A DNA stretch of 41,377 bases from Pseudobdellovibrionaceae bacterium (GCA_025055135.1 JANWYU010000156.1:1-41377); one strand, 5' to 3'. Positions 1 to 13,255 are shown, numbered from the stretch's first letter. Notes: generated by a model from the sequence alone, not told the origin. A program made the numbers and translations.

Positions 1-560
1 GGAGGAATATTGGTAGCCATTCCAACGGCAATTCCAGCAGAGCCATTCACTAAAAGGTTAGGAAATTTGGCCGGTAATACTAATGGGATTTGTAATGAAT
101 CATCATAATTGGGACCAAAAGGAACCGTTTCCTTCTCAATATCCGCCAATAACTGTTCGGCCAACTCAGTCATGCGAATTTCTGTATACCGCATTGCTGC
201 CGGACTATCTCCATCAACTGAACCAAAGTTACCTTGGCCATCCTCCAATAGGTAACGCATTGAAAAATCTTGAGCCATTCTCACCATAGTATCATAAACC
301 GCTGTATCGCCATGGGGATGATATTTACCAATAACATCTCCCACTACCCGAGCAGATTTTTTAAATGGCTTATCGTGAGTGTTACCCATTTCATACTGAG
401 CGTACAAAATTCTTCGATGTACTGGTTTTAAACCATCCCTGACATCAGGTAAGGCCCGTCCAACAATGACACTCATTGAGTATTGAAGGTATGCATCTCG
501 CATCTCTTTGTTGATATCAACAACGGTAACTCTTCCGTTTACTGGAGTTTCTTCTGCCAT
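1..560 (-). CDS. gyrA: DNA gyrase subunit A, N-terminal ~186 codons (CDS runs off the window start)
   Basis: Reverse-strand translation from the ATG at 558-560 gives [53 protein letters not shown]...[17 protein letters not shown]...SPAAMRYTE (catalytic Tyr motif). It lies directly downstream of gyrB. It is truncated, so it is absent from the ORF track. Confidence 0.93.
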   Translation of the reverse strand, partial: MAEETPVNGRVTVVDINKEMRDAYLQYSMSVIVGRALPDVRDGLKPVHRRILYAQYEMGNTHDKPFKKSARVVGDVIGKYHPHGDTAVYDTMVRMAQDFSMRYLLEDGQGNFGSVDGDSPAAMRYTEIRMTELAEQLLADIEKETVPFGPNYDDSLQIPLVLPAKFPNLLVNGSAGIAVGMATNIP

Positions 561-588
561 TGAATCTGCCCCTTTAATTTAAATTAAG

Positions 589-4151
<3,563 letters not shown>

Positions 4152-4152
4152 T

Positions 4153-5262
4153 TTATACTTTCATTGGCATTACAATGTGTATATCGCTTTTACTACCATG
4201 ACCTTTTATTTCCGAAGCTGATTCAGCTCCACTTAAATGCATTTCCACCTTCTCTTCTGAGATGGTAGATAGGCAATCTAAGATATACTTAGGATTAAAA
4301 GTAATGGTTTGCGGGGGACCCTTCAGTTCAATTGGTATTTCATCAACGGCATCACCAAATTCCAAACTATTGGTTTGAATACTTAATACTCCCGCATCAA
4401 AACGACAGTTAATGGCTTTTGATTTATGGCTTGAAAATAAGGAAACCCGTTTAATTGCCCCAATAACTTCATTTTTATCCATTACCGCAAAACTTTTGTG
4501 CTTAATCTCCAAGCTGCGATAATTGGGGAAATTCCCATCAAGCAAACGAATTCCCAACGTAATCCCAGGCTTGCGAACGAAAATTTGGGTGCCATCGCTA
4601 GCAATATCTAAGTGATCATTTGCATCGGAATCATCCAAAAGTTTCTTAATTTCTAAAATGCCTTTTTTGGGAATAATAATTCCATTTTTTATTGGTAACG
4701 GAATTTTTCCTTGATATTCCCAAAATGCAACCGCCAATCGATGACTATCAGTGCTTGCCATTTGAAGGTAACCATCACGATGGACAAAATATTCCCCCAT
4801 CAAATGAGAACGCGCAGAGTCCGTTGCCATAGCATAGTCGGTTTTTCCAATGAGAGTTTTTAAAGCAACGGAAGGAATTTGTACCCATTCATTAGGTAAA
4901 TTTAAAATAAAAACGGGATATTCTTCTGGAGGAATGCCAATAATTTTTGAATGGAATTTATCCTGTTGGATATCTAACCAATGATTTTGTTGCGTTGAGA
5001 GTCGTAAAGAGTGGGGCTTTAATTCTCTTATCACTTCAAATAGGGTTTTGGCCCCAACAGTTGCCACGCCCTCTTGAATAATCTCACAGTTGATTTCTCC
5101 AACCAAACTCACTTCTAAATCCGTAGCATATACCGACAAACTTTGACCCGACGCTTTAAGATACACATTAGTTAACTGCTGAGAGGTTGTTTTTCTTTCT
5201 ACCACCGTTTGTGCTTGTGCTAAAATTTGTAATAAGGGTTTTTGTTCAAGCCGGATAAACAT
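4153..5262 (-). CDS. dnaN: DNA polymerase III beta sliding clamp
   Basis: ~370 aa with three-domain clamp-like length, in the canonical position after dnaA. I prefer the ATG at 5262 (MFIRLEQKPLL), which has GAGGTG 6 nt upstream. The ORF-track GTG at 5271 lies inside that SD-like sequence. Confidence 0.92.
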   Translation of the reverse strand: MFIRLEQKPLLQILAQAQTVVERKTTSQQLTNVYLKASGQSLSVYATDLEVSLVGEINCEIIQEGVATVGAKTLFEVIRELKPHSLRLSTQQNHWLDIQQDKFHSKIIGIPPEEYPVFILNLPNEWVQIPSVALKTLIGKTDYAMATDSARSHLMGEYFVHRDGYLQMASTDSHRLAVAFWEYQGKIPLPIKNGIIIPKKGILEIKKLLDDSDANDHLDIASDGTQIFVRKPGITLGIRLLDGNFPNYRSLEIKHKSFAVMDKNEVIGAIKRVSLFSSHKSKAINCRFDAGVLSIQTNSLEFGDAVDEIPIELKGPPQTITFNPKYILDCLSTISEEKVEMHLSGAESASEIKGHGSKSDIHIVMPMKV

Positions 5263-5530
5263 GGAGACCACCTCGCGTAATAAAAATGATCATAATTACT
5301 ATAAATAAAAATTTTTAAAATAGTTGTCGTCGTTGTCTTGTTGAAAACCTAGCAAAATAGATAAACCTTTGTAAATACAAAGAATTTCGTGGGGAAAACT
5401 TTTGGATATCTGTAGGTATTATCTCATACAACTTATGGGATAAAAAATTCCACAAAAATGTAAACAGACTTTTCCACAGGTTTTTACACAATCCCCATTC
5501 ACAGCCCTGTGATATTGTGGATTTGATTTG
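5263..5530. other. Candidate chromosomal replication origin (oriC): DnaA-box cluster plus AT-rich tract in the dnaA-dnaN spacer
   Basis: Box-like 9-mers: TTTTCCACA 5470-5478, AATTCCACA 5446-5454, TTTTACACA 5482-5490. On the other strand: rc AAATCCACA 5516-5524, rc ATATCCAAA 5401-5409, rc TTTTCCCCA 5390-5398. The tract 5279-5323 has only 4 G/C in 45 nt. Confidence 0.6.
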
Positions 5531-6932
5531 TTAAGTCTTCGATATCATTGCGAATATTGGCATCTGTAGCCTGTAGATATTGTACCTTTTCAATAGCATT
5601 CATAACGGTGGTGTGATCACGATTGCCAAAATGACGCCCAATTTCCACAAAGGACTTATTTAGGTGTTTTTTAATCAGATACATTGCAATTTGACGCGGA
5701 ATTACAATTGGTTTGGCCCGAGAGGAGGATTTCAGGTCGTTAATGGATATCTTAAAGTGATCGGAAACCAGTTTGAGAATGTCATCGATGGAAAGAGAAT
5801 TCTGTGATTCTTGGGAAATTAGGATTCTTTTGGTGAGTTGGATATCAATGGGTACCCCTTGTAATTCAGAAAACATTTTTAGTGTTTTAAGGGCCCCCTC
5901 AATTTCCCTAATCGATCGTTTTGCTACTTTTGCTATATAAGCAACAACATCATCACTTAATTTTATTTGCATTTGTTCGGCTTTGTAACGAAGAATGGCC
6001 ATCCTGGTTTCCACATCCGGCATCGTAATATCCACGGTTAGTCCCCATTCTAAGCGTGATCGGTTTCTGTCCTCTAGCTTGAGAATGTCTTTAGGACGAC
6101 GGTCTGAGGCCAAAATAATCTGTTTTTTCTTTTCGATGAGCGAGTTAAAAATATGAAAGAATTCTTCTTGAGTTGCCTCTCCCTTTCCAATGAACTGAAT
6201 GTCGTCAAACAAAAGCACGTCCACTTGATCCCGATACTTGTGACGAAAACTTTCTGTTTTCTTGTTTCGCATTGCCACTATGAACTCGTTCAGGAAACGT
6301 TCCGCCTGCATGTAGACAATCCGAGTATGAGGACTATGGGAGAGAATTTCATGGCCTACGGCATGAAGTAGGTGGGTTTTTCCCATTCCTACTGGGCCAC
6401 AAATCAGCAGTGGATTATATCCTCCACTACCAGGGTTTCGGGCGACATTGTAGCAGGCTGCGTGGGCAAATTCCGAATTGCGACCAACGACAAAGTTAGA
6501 AAAAGTAAAGTTGGGATCTAAAAAGTCTGCCCTTCGATAAGAGGGAGATAGATGATCACCGATCTGTATTGAAGATGAAGAGGTTGGTATTTCCTCATGA
6601 GGCAAGTTCACAAGATTTTGGTAACCATTATCTTCGCTTTTATTAACCACAACGTCGATCAAAATGTCGGGATTAATGGCTCGCGCTTCAATGTAAATGC
6701 TATCCATTAAATTTTCTAAAATATGGTAACGATAAAAATCAGAGGGGACCTCTAAAACCAAACAAGGGCCTTGAGGCTTTTCTACAATCTTTTGAGCCTT
6801 CACTGGAGCAAGCCAAGATTCGAGGGTTTTATTATTCGGATTTTTGCTGAGCAAATGGCTTTTGAGAACCTCCCAAAATTCTAAGGTTAGTGGTGCTACA
6901 TTTTGACTGTGTATTTCTTGAGAATGTTCCAT
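5499..6932 (-). CDS. dnaA: Chromosomal replication initiator protein DnaA
   Basis: AAA+ Walker A GPVGMGKTHLLHA, Walker B LLFDDIQF, and a C-terminal DNA-binding domain (FGNRDHTTVMNAIEKV). Confidence 0.97.
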   Translation of the reverse strand: MEHSQEIHSQNVAPLTLEFWEVLKSHLLSKNPNNKTLESWLAPVKAQKIVEKPQGPCLVLEVPSDFYRYHILENLMDSIYIEARAINPDILIDVVVNKSEDNGYQNLVNLPHEEIPTSSSSIQIGDHLSPSYRRADFLDPNFTFSNFVVGRNSEFAHAACYNVARNPGSGGYNPLLICGPVGMGKTHLLHAVGHEILSHSPHTRIVYMQAERFLNEFIVAMRNKKTESFRHKYRDQVDVLLFDDIQFIGKGEATQEEFFHIFNSLIEKKKQIILASDRRPKDILKLEDRNRSRLEWGLTVDITMPDVETRMAILRYKAEQMQIKLSDDVVAYIAKVAKRSIREIEGALKTLKMFSELQGVPIDIQLTKRILISQESQNSLSIDDILKLVSDHFKISINDLKSSSRAKPIVIPRQIAMYLIKKHLNKSFVEIGRHFGNRDHTTVMNAIEKVQYLQATDANIRNDIEDLTNQIHNITGL

Positions 6933-7026
6933 GATTATTTTTGTCTAACAAGGCAAAACGTTGCGATCAACGGTTGACCTCAATGCCGCGTGTGAGATAG
7001 TCTATTCCCCCTTGGAGGCAGAAATC

Positions 7027-7176
7027 ATGAAACGAACATACCAACCCCATAATCGACGACGGAAAAAGGTGCATGGTTTTAGAGCACGAATGTCTACAAA
7101 AGATGGACGTGAGGTTTTATCAAGACGTCGGGCTAAAGGTCGAAAGCGTCTTTCCATTTCAGTAAGTGGAAAATAA
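7027..7176 (+). CDS. rpmH: 50S ribosomal protein L34
   Basis: [43 protein letters not shown] is a textbook L34 sequence. GGAGG lies 8 nt upstream of the ATG at 7027. The ORF-track start at 6961 is an unsupported extension. Confidence 0.95.
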   Translation: MKRTYQPHNRRRKKVHGFRARMSTKDGREVLSRRRAKGRKRLSISVSGK

Positions 7177-7525
7177 GAACCGATTTCAATCACCACGGTT
7201 AATCATTACGAAAATAAAAAAGAACGGAAAGAAAATTAGATTGCAGCCATGGATATGTGTTTACGTTTTACAAGATTTGGATTTGGATATTCGTCAGCAC
7301 CTTTATTTCTCCTTGAATGGCAGGTTCTTAAATGCTGTTCGGAGGAATCGTATCAAAAGGATGTTTCGGGCCGCCTGGCGTGGTCTACCAGAGGGAACAC
7401 ATGGTTATGTTTGTTTAATAAAAAAATTAAGTGCTGAGGAGCGACAGAAATTGGATCAAATGACATCGACTCAAGTTTATAAACTGTTAAAATCCTATGA
7501 ATTTGGTAAAAGTAGTAAAAATTAG
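7166..7525 (+). CDS. rnpA: Ribonuclease P protein component
   Basis: RNR motif [16 protein letters not shown] start overlaps the rpmH stop, giving the canonical rpmH-rnpA pairing. Confidence 0.85.
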   Translation: MENKNRFQSPRLIITKIKKNGKKIRLQPWICVYVLQDLDLDIRQHLYFSLNGRFLNAVRRNRIKRMFRAAWRGLPEGTHGYVCLIKKLSAEERQKLDQMTSTQVYKLLKSYEFGKSSKN

Positions 7526-7784
7526 TGCTCTCGATATACAAAGAATGTTACAGACGGGTTTGATTTTCTTAATTCGTTGTTACCAGGTTTTATTATCACC
7601 CATTTTGGGGGGAAAATGCCGCTTCTACCCATCCTGCTCTCAATATGGGGTGGAAGCTATCCAAAAAAGAGGACCATTCAGTGGTGTGTTTCTGATTGTG
7701 AGGCGATTGTTGCGTTGTCACCCTTGGGGCGGTTTTGGTTATGATCCAGTTCCAGAACCAGAAAAAGATAAGGTAACGAAGTAG
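7497..7784 (+). CDS. yidD: Membrane protein insertion efficiency factor YidD
   Basis: Motif CRFYPSCSQYGVEAI...RCHPWGGFGYDPVP. The start is uncertain; an in-frame ATG at 7545 is an alternative. Confidence 0.85.
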   Translation: MNLVKVVKISALDIQRMLQTGLIFLIRCYQVLLSPILGGKCRFYPSCSQYGVEAIQKRGPFSGVFLIVRRLLRCHPWGGFGYDPVPEPEKDKVTK

Positions 7785-7794
7785 TAGTAGAGCG

Positions 7795-9378
7795 ATGGAA
7801 GGACCAGTTTTTGATAAAAAGTTGTTTTTGCTGTTAATTGGAGTAGGACTTGTTTTTATTATTTGGCAAAAGTATTTGGAATATAAATATCCAGAATTTT
7901 ACACTAAAAAGTCTGTGGCTCCATCAACAACAGAGTCACCCTCTGGTAACAAAGAGGTGAACCCTGGCGCTTCACAAGTGACTGAGCAGAAGGGGCCAAC
8001 TCAGATAGAACTAAACACAGCGCAGCTTCAACCGAGTGAGCGGTTTATCATCAAAACCCTGCACTGGGAAGGGGTTATTTCAAATATTGGTATGGGTGTT
8101 GAACAGCTTCAGGATTTGCGTTTTACCGATCGCGATAATCGTCCTATTTTTTATTCTGAGCTTCCTTTGTTTCGCGTCGTTGATCTTGATACTCTTCATC
8201 CATTGGTGTTTCAGGTCAAAAAGGTTGAAGAAAACCATTATGAAGGAAGGACCCAGTTTCCTGGGGGAACAGAGCTTATTCGCCATATTCGGATCAATCC
8301 CGCGTTGGGTACATTGGACATTACAACGGAGTTAAAACATGTGACACCAAGTTTTAAAGGATACGCCATACAGTTTGGGGATGTGATTAAGCCACAGGAG
8401 GGGAGTTCCTTTTTTGCGCCAAGTATGGATTTTCAGGAGTTTGTGATTCGCCACGAGAGCACAGTAGAGCGTTTTGTTTTATCCTCTCTTGAGGAAAAAA
8501 CCTTTTCTATGGTGGATTTATTTGCACTTTCAAGCCATTATTTCACTGTAGCTTTGATTGATGCCTCGAACTTGTTACCCATGGGAACCATTAAACCATC
8601 GATTAATCAGGCCTTCGCCTATTTAAGATACGTTATGCCTCCTGCGGGGAGTGTCAATAGTTGGAAAATTCAGGCCTACATTGGTCCGAAGTCGTATGAA
8701 CAATTAGCCAATGTTAGTGAAGCGCTTACTAATGTTATTGATTTTGGCTGGTTTTCCACTATTGGAAGCTATCTTTTAAAATTGTTAAAGTGGGCCTACA
8801 GTTGGGTTGGCAATTGGGGTTGGGCCATTGTTGTGTTAACAATAATAGTTCGGATATTAGTGCTGCCCTTTGCCATTATTTCCTATAAAAGCATGAAAAA
8901 AATGCAGTTAATCCAACCAAAATTACAGGCGTTACGAGAAAGATATAAAGATGATCCTGTGGCCTTGAACCGTGAAACCATGCAGTTAATGAAAAATGAG
9001 AAGGTCAATCCTTTGGGTGGATGTTTACCAATGTTGTTGCAAATGCCTGTTTTTTTTGCCCTATATCAGGTATTAAGTCACTCTATTGAACTTTATAAGG
9101 CACCTTTTATTTTTTGGATTACTGACTTGTCGGTGAAGGATCCTTATTTTGTGTTACCGATTTTGATGGGGGTTGTCCTGTATATCCAACAAAAAATTAC
9201 ACCGACCACAATGGATCCGCAACAGGCTAAGATTATGGAGTGGATGCCCATTATTTTTACGGTTTTTACCCTGGGGTTGCCATCCGGGCTGACATTATAT
9301 ATTTTGGTAAGCACTTTGTTCGCACTAATACAACAGAAGCTATTTATGATGGAACGCAAACGGGAGGTTACACAATGA
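7795..9378 (+). CDS. yidC: Membrane protein insertase YidC (Gram-negative type with large periplasmic P1 domain)
   Basis: 527 aa with an N-terminal TM helix, a long periplasmic region and a conserved C-terminal 5-TM core (GCLPMLLQMPVFFALY). Position follows rnpA-yidD. Confidence 0.93.
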   Translation: MEGPVFDKKLFLLLIGVGLVFIIWQKYLEYKYPEFYTKKSVAPSTTESPSGNKEVNPGASQVTEQKGPTQIELNTAQLQPSERFIIKTLHWEGVISNIGMGVEQLQDLRFTDRDNRPIFYSELPLFRVVDLDTLHPLVFQVKKVEENHYEGRTQFPGGTELIRHIRINPALGTLDITTELKHVTPSFKGYAIQFGDVIKPQEGSSFFAPSMDFQEFVIRHESTVERFVLSSLEEKTFSMVDLFALSSHYFTVALIDASNLLPMGTIKPSINQAFAYLRYVMPPAGSVNSWKIQAYIGPKSYEQLANVSEALTNVIDFGWFSTIGSYLLKLLKWAYSWVGNWGWAIVVLTIIVRILVLPFAIISYKSMKKMQLIQPKLQALRERYKDDPVALNRETMQLMKNEKVNPLGGCLPMLLQMPVFFALYQVLSHSIELYKAPFIFWITDLSVKDPYFVLPILMGVVLYIQQKITPTTMDPQQAKIMEWMPIIFTVFTLGLPSGLTLYILVSTLFALIQQKLFMMERKREVTQ

Positions 9379-9920
9379 ATTTTTTTAAGAAGATTTTCGG
9401 TTCTGATAATCCGGAAAATTTGGATGCTCGCGGGCTCATTGAGAGTGTTGCTAAAGGTTTAATTAAAGCGGGAGGATTCGAACTTGATGTTACCGTTACT
9501 CAAGAAACGAAGGGAGATCAACAGTATATATCGGTTGAGTTTTTTGGGAAGGACGAAGGGTTACTCTGTCAAAAGGATGGGCAAATTTTGGATGCCCTTC
9601 AAATTTTTCTAAAAAGAGTTTTGCAAAACCGCATGCCTGATAAGGATATGAACATAGTTGTGGACGCTGCGGGATTTTCTGAAGAAAACCAAAAAGAATT
9701 GGAGGCGTTGGCGGATCGTCTGAGAAACGCGGTTTTGACTCGAAAAAAACCGGTGTATTGCCGAGCCTTGCCTCCTAAGGATCGACGTATTATTCATCAA
9801 TATCTCTCATCAGATCATCGAATACGCACACGATCCATTGGGGAGGGAACCTTTAAGAAAATAAAAATCTTTTTGGCCAATCAATCCGATGAGCCAAATT
9901 ACCAAACTTCGCGAACATGA
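9375..9920 (+). CDS. jag: Jag/KhpB-type RNA-binding protein (KH + R3H domains)
   Basis: The ATG at 9375 overlaps the yidC stop (ATGA) and GGGAGG lies upstream. An R3H-like C-terminus is present (DRRIIHQYLSSDHRIRTRSIGEG). The ORF-track start at 9240 lies inside yidC. Confidence 0.85.
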   Translation: MNFFKKIFGSDNPENLDARGLIESVAKGLIKAGGFELDVTVTQETKGDQQYISVEFFGKDEGLLCQKDGQILDALQIFLKRVLQNRMPDKDMNIVVDAAGFSEENQKELEALADRLRNAVLTRKKPVYCRALPPKDRRIIHQYLSSDHRIRTRSIGEGTFKKIKIFLANQSDEPNYQTSRT

Positions 9921-11265
9921 TGTTATTTGTGCGCTAAGCACTCCAGCAGGTGTTAGTGGGATTGCCGTTGTTCGCGTGAGCGGACCGGGATCTTGGGAGT
10001 TAGCTCGGACTATAACCAAGTGGGGCGAGCAGGAAATTGTACCTCGTCAGACCTATTTAAGGTGGTTTTATGATCTAGAGGACGGTGAGCCTTTTGATCA
10101 GGGGCTTATTGTTTTTTATCAGGATAAAAGCAGCTACACAGGACAAGAAAGTGTGGAATTTTTTCCCCATGGTAGCCCCGTGATTGTGGAGCGCCTGTTA
10201 TTTCAGTTGTGTCAGAAGGGTGCTCGAATTGCTGAACCCGGGGAGTTTACCTTTCGGGCCTTCTTGAATGGACGGCTTGATCTCGTACAGGCAGAAGGGG
10301 TTTTGCACGTAATTGAATCCCAGTCTGTGGAACAGGCAAAGCAAGGATTGAGGCATTTACGTGGAGTCTATTCTCAAAAGTTGTCCATGTTGGAACAGCA
10401 GTTGGTTCGCGTGTTGGCTCATATGGAGGCAGATATTGATTTTGCGCTTGAAAATTTGACCACCGCATCACAGGAGCAACTAAGAGAGTGGATGACTTCA
10501 GTGGCAGTTCAGCTAGATGAAATGCTGCAAGGAGCGCAGAAGGGTCGCATCTTAAAGGAGGGGGTGCATGTTTTATTGATGGGTCCTCCCAACTCGGGAA
10601 ACTCAACGCTTTTGAACAACATTTTGGGAGAGGAAAAGGCAATTGTATCGCCTATCGCGGGAACTACCCGTGATGTCATTGAGGGCTCTATTTTAATTGA
10701 AGGGGTGAGGTTTTATTTTTATGACACAGCAGGTATTCGCCAGAACTCTTCTGATGAAATCGAGGGTGTTGGTATTAAAAAGGCCTTAGATCTTACTCGG
10801 CGTGTTGATCTTATTTTTCTTATTCTCAATCCCCATGTGGATATTCACTTTTCAGAATTTCATTTTTTGACCGATCTCAACGTGCCCGTGATTACCCTTT
10901 TTACCCATCGAGATCTCGGTGAAAGGCGGGTATCCACTCCTGAATATTCACTGAGTACTCACTGGATATCCAATCTCAAATCAGATGAGGCTAAGGCTTT
11001 GGTCGTGGGTCTTTTAAAGGAGCAGTTCTTAACTCGATGTCCCAGGGATCTTTCATTAATGGTTCATGTGCATCAGGAAGCAGCCCTTCAAAAGGCGAGA
11101 GAGCATTTAAAGGTGGCCGTTGGGCTTATGGATCAGCATGTTGGAACGGAGATTATTTCTTTGGAAGTTCGAGAGGCGTTGTATTGCATACAAAAGGTGT
11201 TGGGAAAACATTTTGACGATGATATTTTGGATCAAATTTTTTCTGAATTTTGTATTGGTAAATAA
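9889..11265 (+). CDS. mnmE: tRNA modification GTPase MnmE (TrmE) with an atypical G domain
   Basis: N-terminal ALSTPAGVSGIAVVRVSG, G2 GTTRD, G3 DTAG and the C-terminal FCIGK motif are present, and it is adjacent to mnmG. G1 reads GPPNSGNST, G4 reads THRD, and the position after DTAGxR is Q (see findings). Confidence 0.88.
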   Translation: MSQITKLREHDVICALSTPAGVSGIAVVRVSGPGSWELARTITKWGEQEIVPRQTYLRWFYDLEDGEPFDQGLIVFYQDKSSYTGQESVEFFPHGSPVIVERLLFQLCQKGARIAEPGEFTFRAFLNGRLDLVQAEGVLHVIESQSVEQAKQGLRHLRGVYSQKLSMLEQQLVRVLAHMEADIDFALENLTTASQEQLREWMTSVAVQLDEMLQGAQKGRILKEGVHVLLMGPPNSGNSTLLNNILGEEKAIVSPIAGTTRDVIEGSILIEGVRFYFYDTAGIRQNSSDEIEGVGIKKALDLTRRVDLIFLILNPHVDIHFSEFHFLTDLNVPVITLFTHRDLGERRVSTPEYSLSTHWISNLKSDEAKALVVGLLKEQFLTRCPRDLSLMVHVHQEAALQKAREHLKVAVGLMDQHVGTEIISLEVREALYCIQKVLGKHFDDDILDQIFSEFCIGK

Positions 11266-11350
11266 ATTTAATTTTGATTAAAAGAGTTGCGACTTACGGA
11301 TTTCGGTGGGCGAAGGTTTTGGTTTTTTGTTGTTTGGGGTAGGGTGACAT

Positions 11351-13255
11351 ATGATGGGTCAGGATCATTTTGATATCATTGTGGTAGGCGGTGGGCATGC
11401 AGGCATTGAAGCCGTTGCTGCTGCAGATCGTTTAGGGAAGAGGGTGGCATTGGTAACGCCGGATATATCCCGTATTGGGGTAATGTCTTGTAATCCGGCC
11501 ATTGGCGGGCTGGCCAAGGGTCACATGGTACGGGAAATTGATGTGTTGGGTGGCGTAATGGGCCTTGCGGCTGATGCTTGTTGTATCCAATTTAAGAGAT
11601 TAAATGCCAGTAAAGGTCCGGCGGTTCGTGGGACCCGCATGCAAGAGGATAAGGATCTTTATGCTCGTTTTATGTTGAATTATTTGCGAGCACTTCCAAA
11701 TGTTACCCTGATTCAGGGAGAGGTTAAGGCGGTTATTCTTGAAGGGACCCGTTGTGTCGGGGTGGTTCTCCATGATGGCGCGCAAATTCGTTCGAGAGCC
11801 GTAGTTTTGACAACCGGGACGTTTATGAATGCCATTATGTATACGGGTTTAAAGGGTGAAGAAGGGGGACGAGCAGGGGAAAAGGCAACAAAAGGCTTGA
11901 GTGATCAGTTGCGTAGTCTTGGTTTTGATGTGAGGCGGTTAAAGACAGGAACGCCTGCCCGACTTGATCGAAACTCAATTCGATGGGAGATTTTGGAGCC
12001 GCAAAAGGGAGATGATCGGTTTTATCCGTTTAGTTTCCGTTCACCCAAACAGGTACAGCTACCCCAGGTGCTGTGTTATATCAGTCGAACGACCCCAGAA
12101 ACCCATGATATTATCCGAAAAAATTTACACTTGTCTCCGATGTTTCAGGGAATCATTGAGGGGGTAGGTCCGCGCTATTGTCCCAGTATTGAGGACAAGG
12201 TGACGCGATTTTCTGATCGGGACTCTCATCTGACCTTTTTAGAACCCGAGGGACTCAATACTAACTCCATTTACCTTCAGGGGATTTCTACTTCATTACC
12301 AGCTGAAATACAGGATCAGTTTTTGCGAACCATACCCGGTTTAGAAAACGTTAACGTTTTAAGATACGGGTACGCGGTAGAATATGATTTTATTGTACCG
12401 ACCCAAATTTTCCATAGCCTGGAAACTCGCTACATAAAAAATTTGTTTTTAGCTGGTCAAATTAATGGAACCAGTGGTTATGAAGAGGCTGCGGCCCAAG
12501 GCATTTTGGCGGGAATTAATGCCGTTAGGGCTATTGAGAATAAGCCTCCTTTTATTCTGACCCGGGATCAGGCGTATATGGCAGTTTTGGTGGATGATTT
12601 GGTCACTAAGGGAACTAATGAGCCCTATCGTATGTTAACCTCCCGTGCTGAGCATCGTTTGGTTTTGCGTGAAGACAATACTCTTGACCGGTTAGGGGAG
12701 ATTTCAATTAAGGAGGGATTGGTATCGGCTGATTTGATGGAGCTTATTTTATCCCATCGGCAAAAGCGTGAACGTCTTTTGATGGAGCTTGGGACCCACA
12801 AGTTAACCCCAAAACAGTGGGTTCAAGAAATGTTGGTTGCCAAAGGATCAACCCCCTTATTAAAGGCTGTTACCTATGAAGAAATTCTGCGAAGGCCAGA
12901 AATTTCTTGGCAGGATTTATATGATTTAGGATGGAATGAGGGTCTTTATGAGCCGGACATTGCTGAAGCTGTGGAAATTGAGGTTAAATACAGTGGATAT
13001 ATTAGACGGCAGAATGAACTGATTGCTCAGATGAAACGTTATGAAGAAATGTTGTTGCCAGAAAATCTTGATTACAGTCTTGTGAGGGGCCTTTCGAAGG
13101 AGGAAGTGGAAAAGCTTTCTACTGTGCGTCCCCGAACTTTGGCGCAGGCTAGTCGGATTAGTGGGGTTAATCCTAGCGCGATTCAATGTTTAATGGTTTA
13201 CTTAAAAATGCTGGGGAAAAGAAATTATGAAGGCAGCAGGGAGCAATGTATTTAA
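11351..13255 (+). CDS. mnmG: tRNA uridine 5-carboxymethylaminomethyl modification enzyme MnmG (GidA)
   Basis: FAD-binding N-terminus DIIVVGGGHAGIEA, typical length of 634 aa, and conserved GPRYCPSIEDK. Confidence 0.96.
   Translation: MMGQDHFDIIVVGGGHAGIEAVAAADRLGKRVALVTPDISRIGVMSCNPAIGGLAKGHMVREIDVLGGVMGLAADACCIQFKRLNASKGPAVRGTRMQEDKDLYARFMLNYLRALPNVTLIQGEVKAVILEGTRCVGVVLHDGAQIRSRAVVLTTGTFMNAIMYTGLKGEEGGRAGEKATKGLSDQLRSLGFDVRRLKTGTPARLDRNSIRWEILEPQKGDDRFYPFSFRSPKQVQLPQVLCYISRTTPETHDIIRKNLHLSPMFQGIIEGVGPRYCPSIEDKVTRFSDRDSHLTFLEPEGLNTNSIYLQGISTSLPAEIQDQFLRTIPGLENVNVLRYGYAVEYDFIVPTQIFHSLETRYIKNLFLAGQINGTSGYEEAAAQGILAGINAVRAIENKPPFILTRDQAYMAVLVDDLVTKGTNEPYRMLTSRAEHRLVLREDNTLDRLGEISIKEGLVSADLMELILSHRQKRERLLMELGTHKLTPKQWVQEMLVAKGSTPLLKAVTYEEILRRPEISWQDLYDLGWNEGLYEPDIAEAVEIEVKYSGYIRRQNELIAQMKRYEEMLLPENLDYSLVRGLSKEEVEKLSTVRPRTLAQASRISGVNPSAIQCLMVYLKMLGKRNYEGSREQCI

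Noticed and set aside
574-587. A perfect 14-bp A/T palindrome, TTAATTTAAATTAA, in the 28-nt gyrB-gyrA spacer.
   Set aside because: It is A/T only and sits in an AT-rich genome, so it is plausible by chance. It has no partner sites, and the spacer otherwise just carries the gyrA RBS.
6961-7026. Long N-terminal extensions in the ORF track for rpmH (6961), jag (9240), nuoA (30546), nuoH (30889), nuoK (32598), ispA (39794) and the Cys-rich ORF (13987).
   Set aside because: In each case an internal ATG with a good Shine-Dalgarno sequence, and/or a stop-start overlap with the upstream gene, matches the conserved family N-terminus. The extensions overlap neighbouring genes or the promoter region.
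6933-7026. The dnaA-rpmH spacer considered as an upstream oriC half (bipartite origin) or a DnaA autoregulation site.
   Set aside because: It is only 94 bp and I found no 9-mer within 2 mismatches of TTATCCACA. It holds just a 5-bp hairpin (CGTTG/CAACG) and a TTGACC hexamer that may be the rpmH -35 element.
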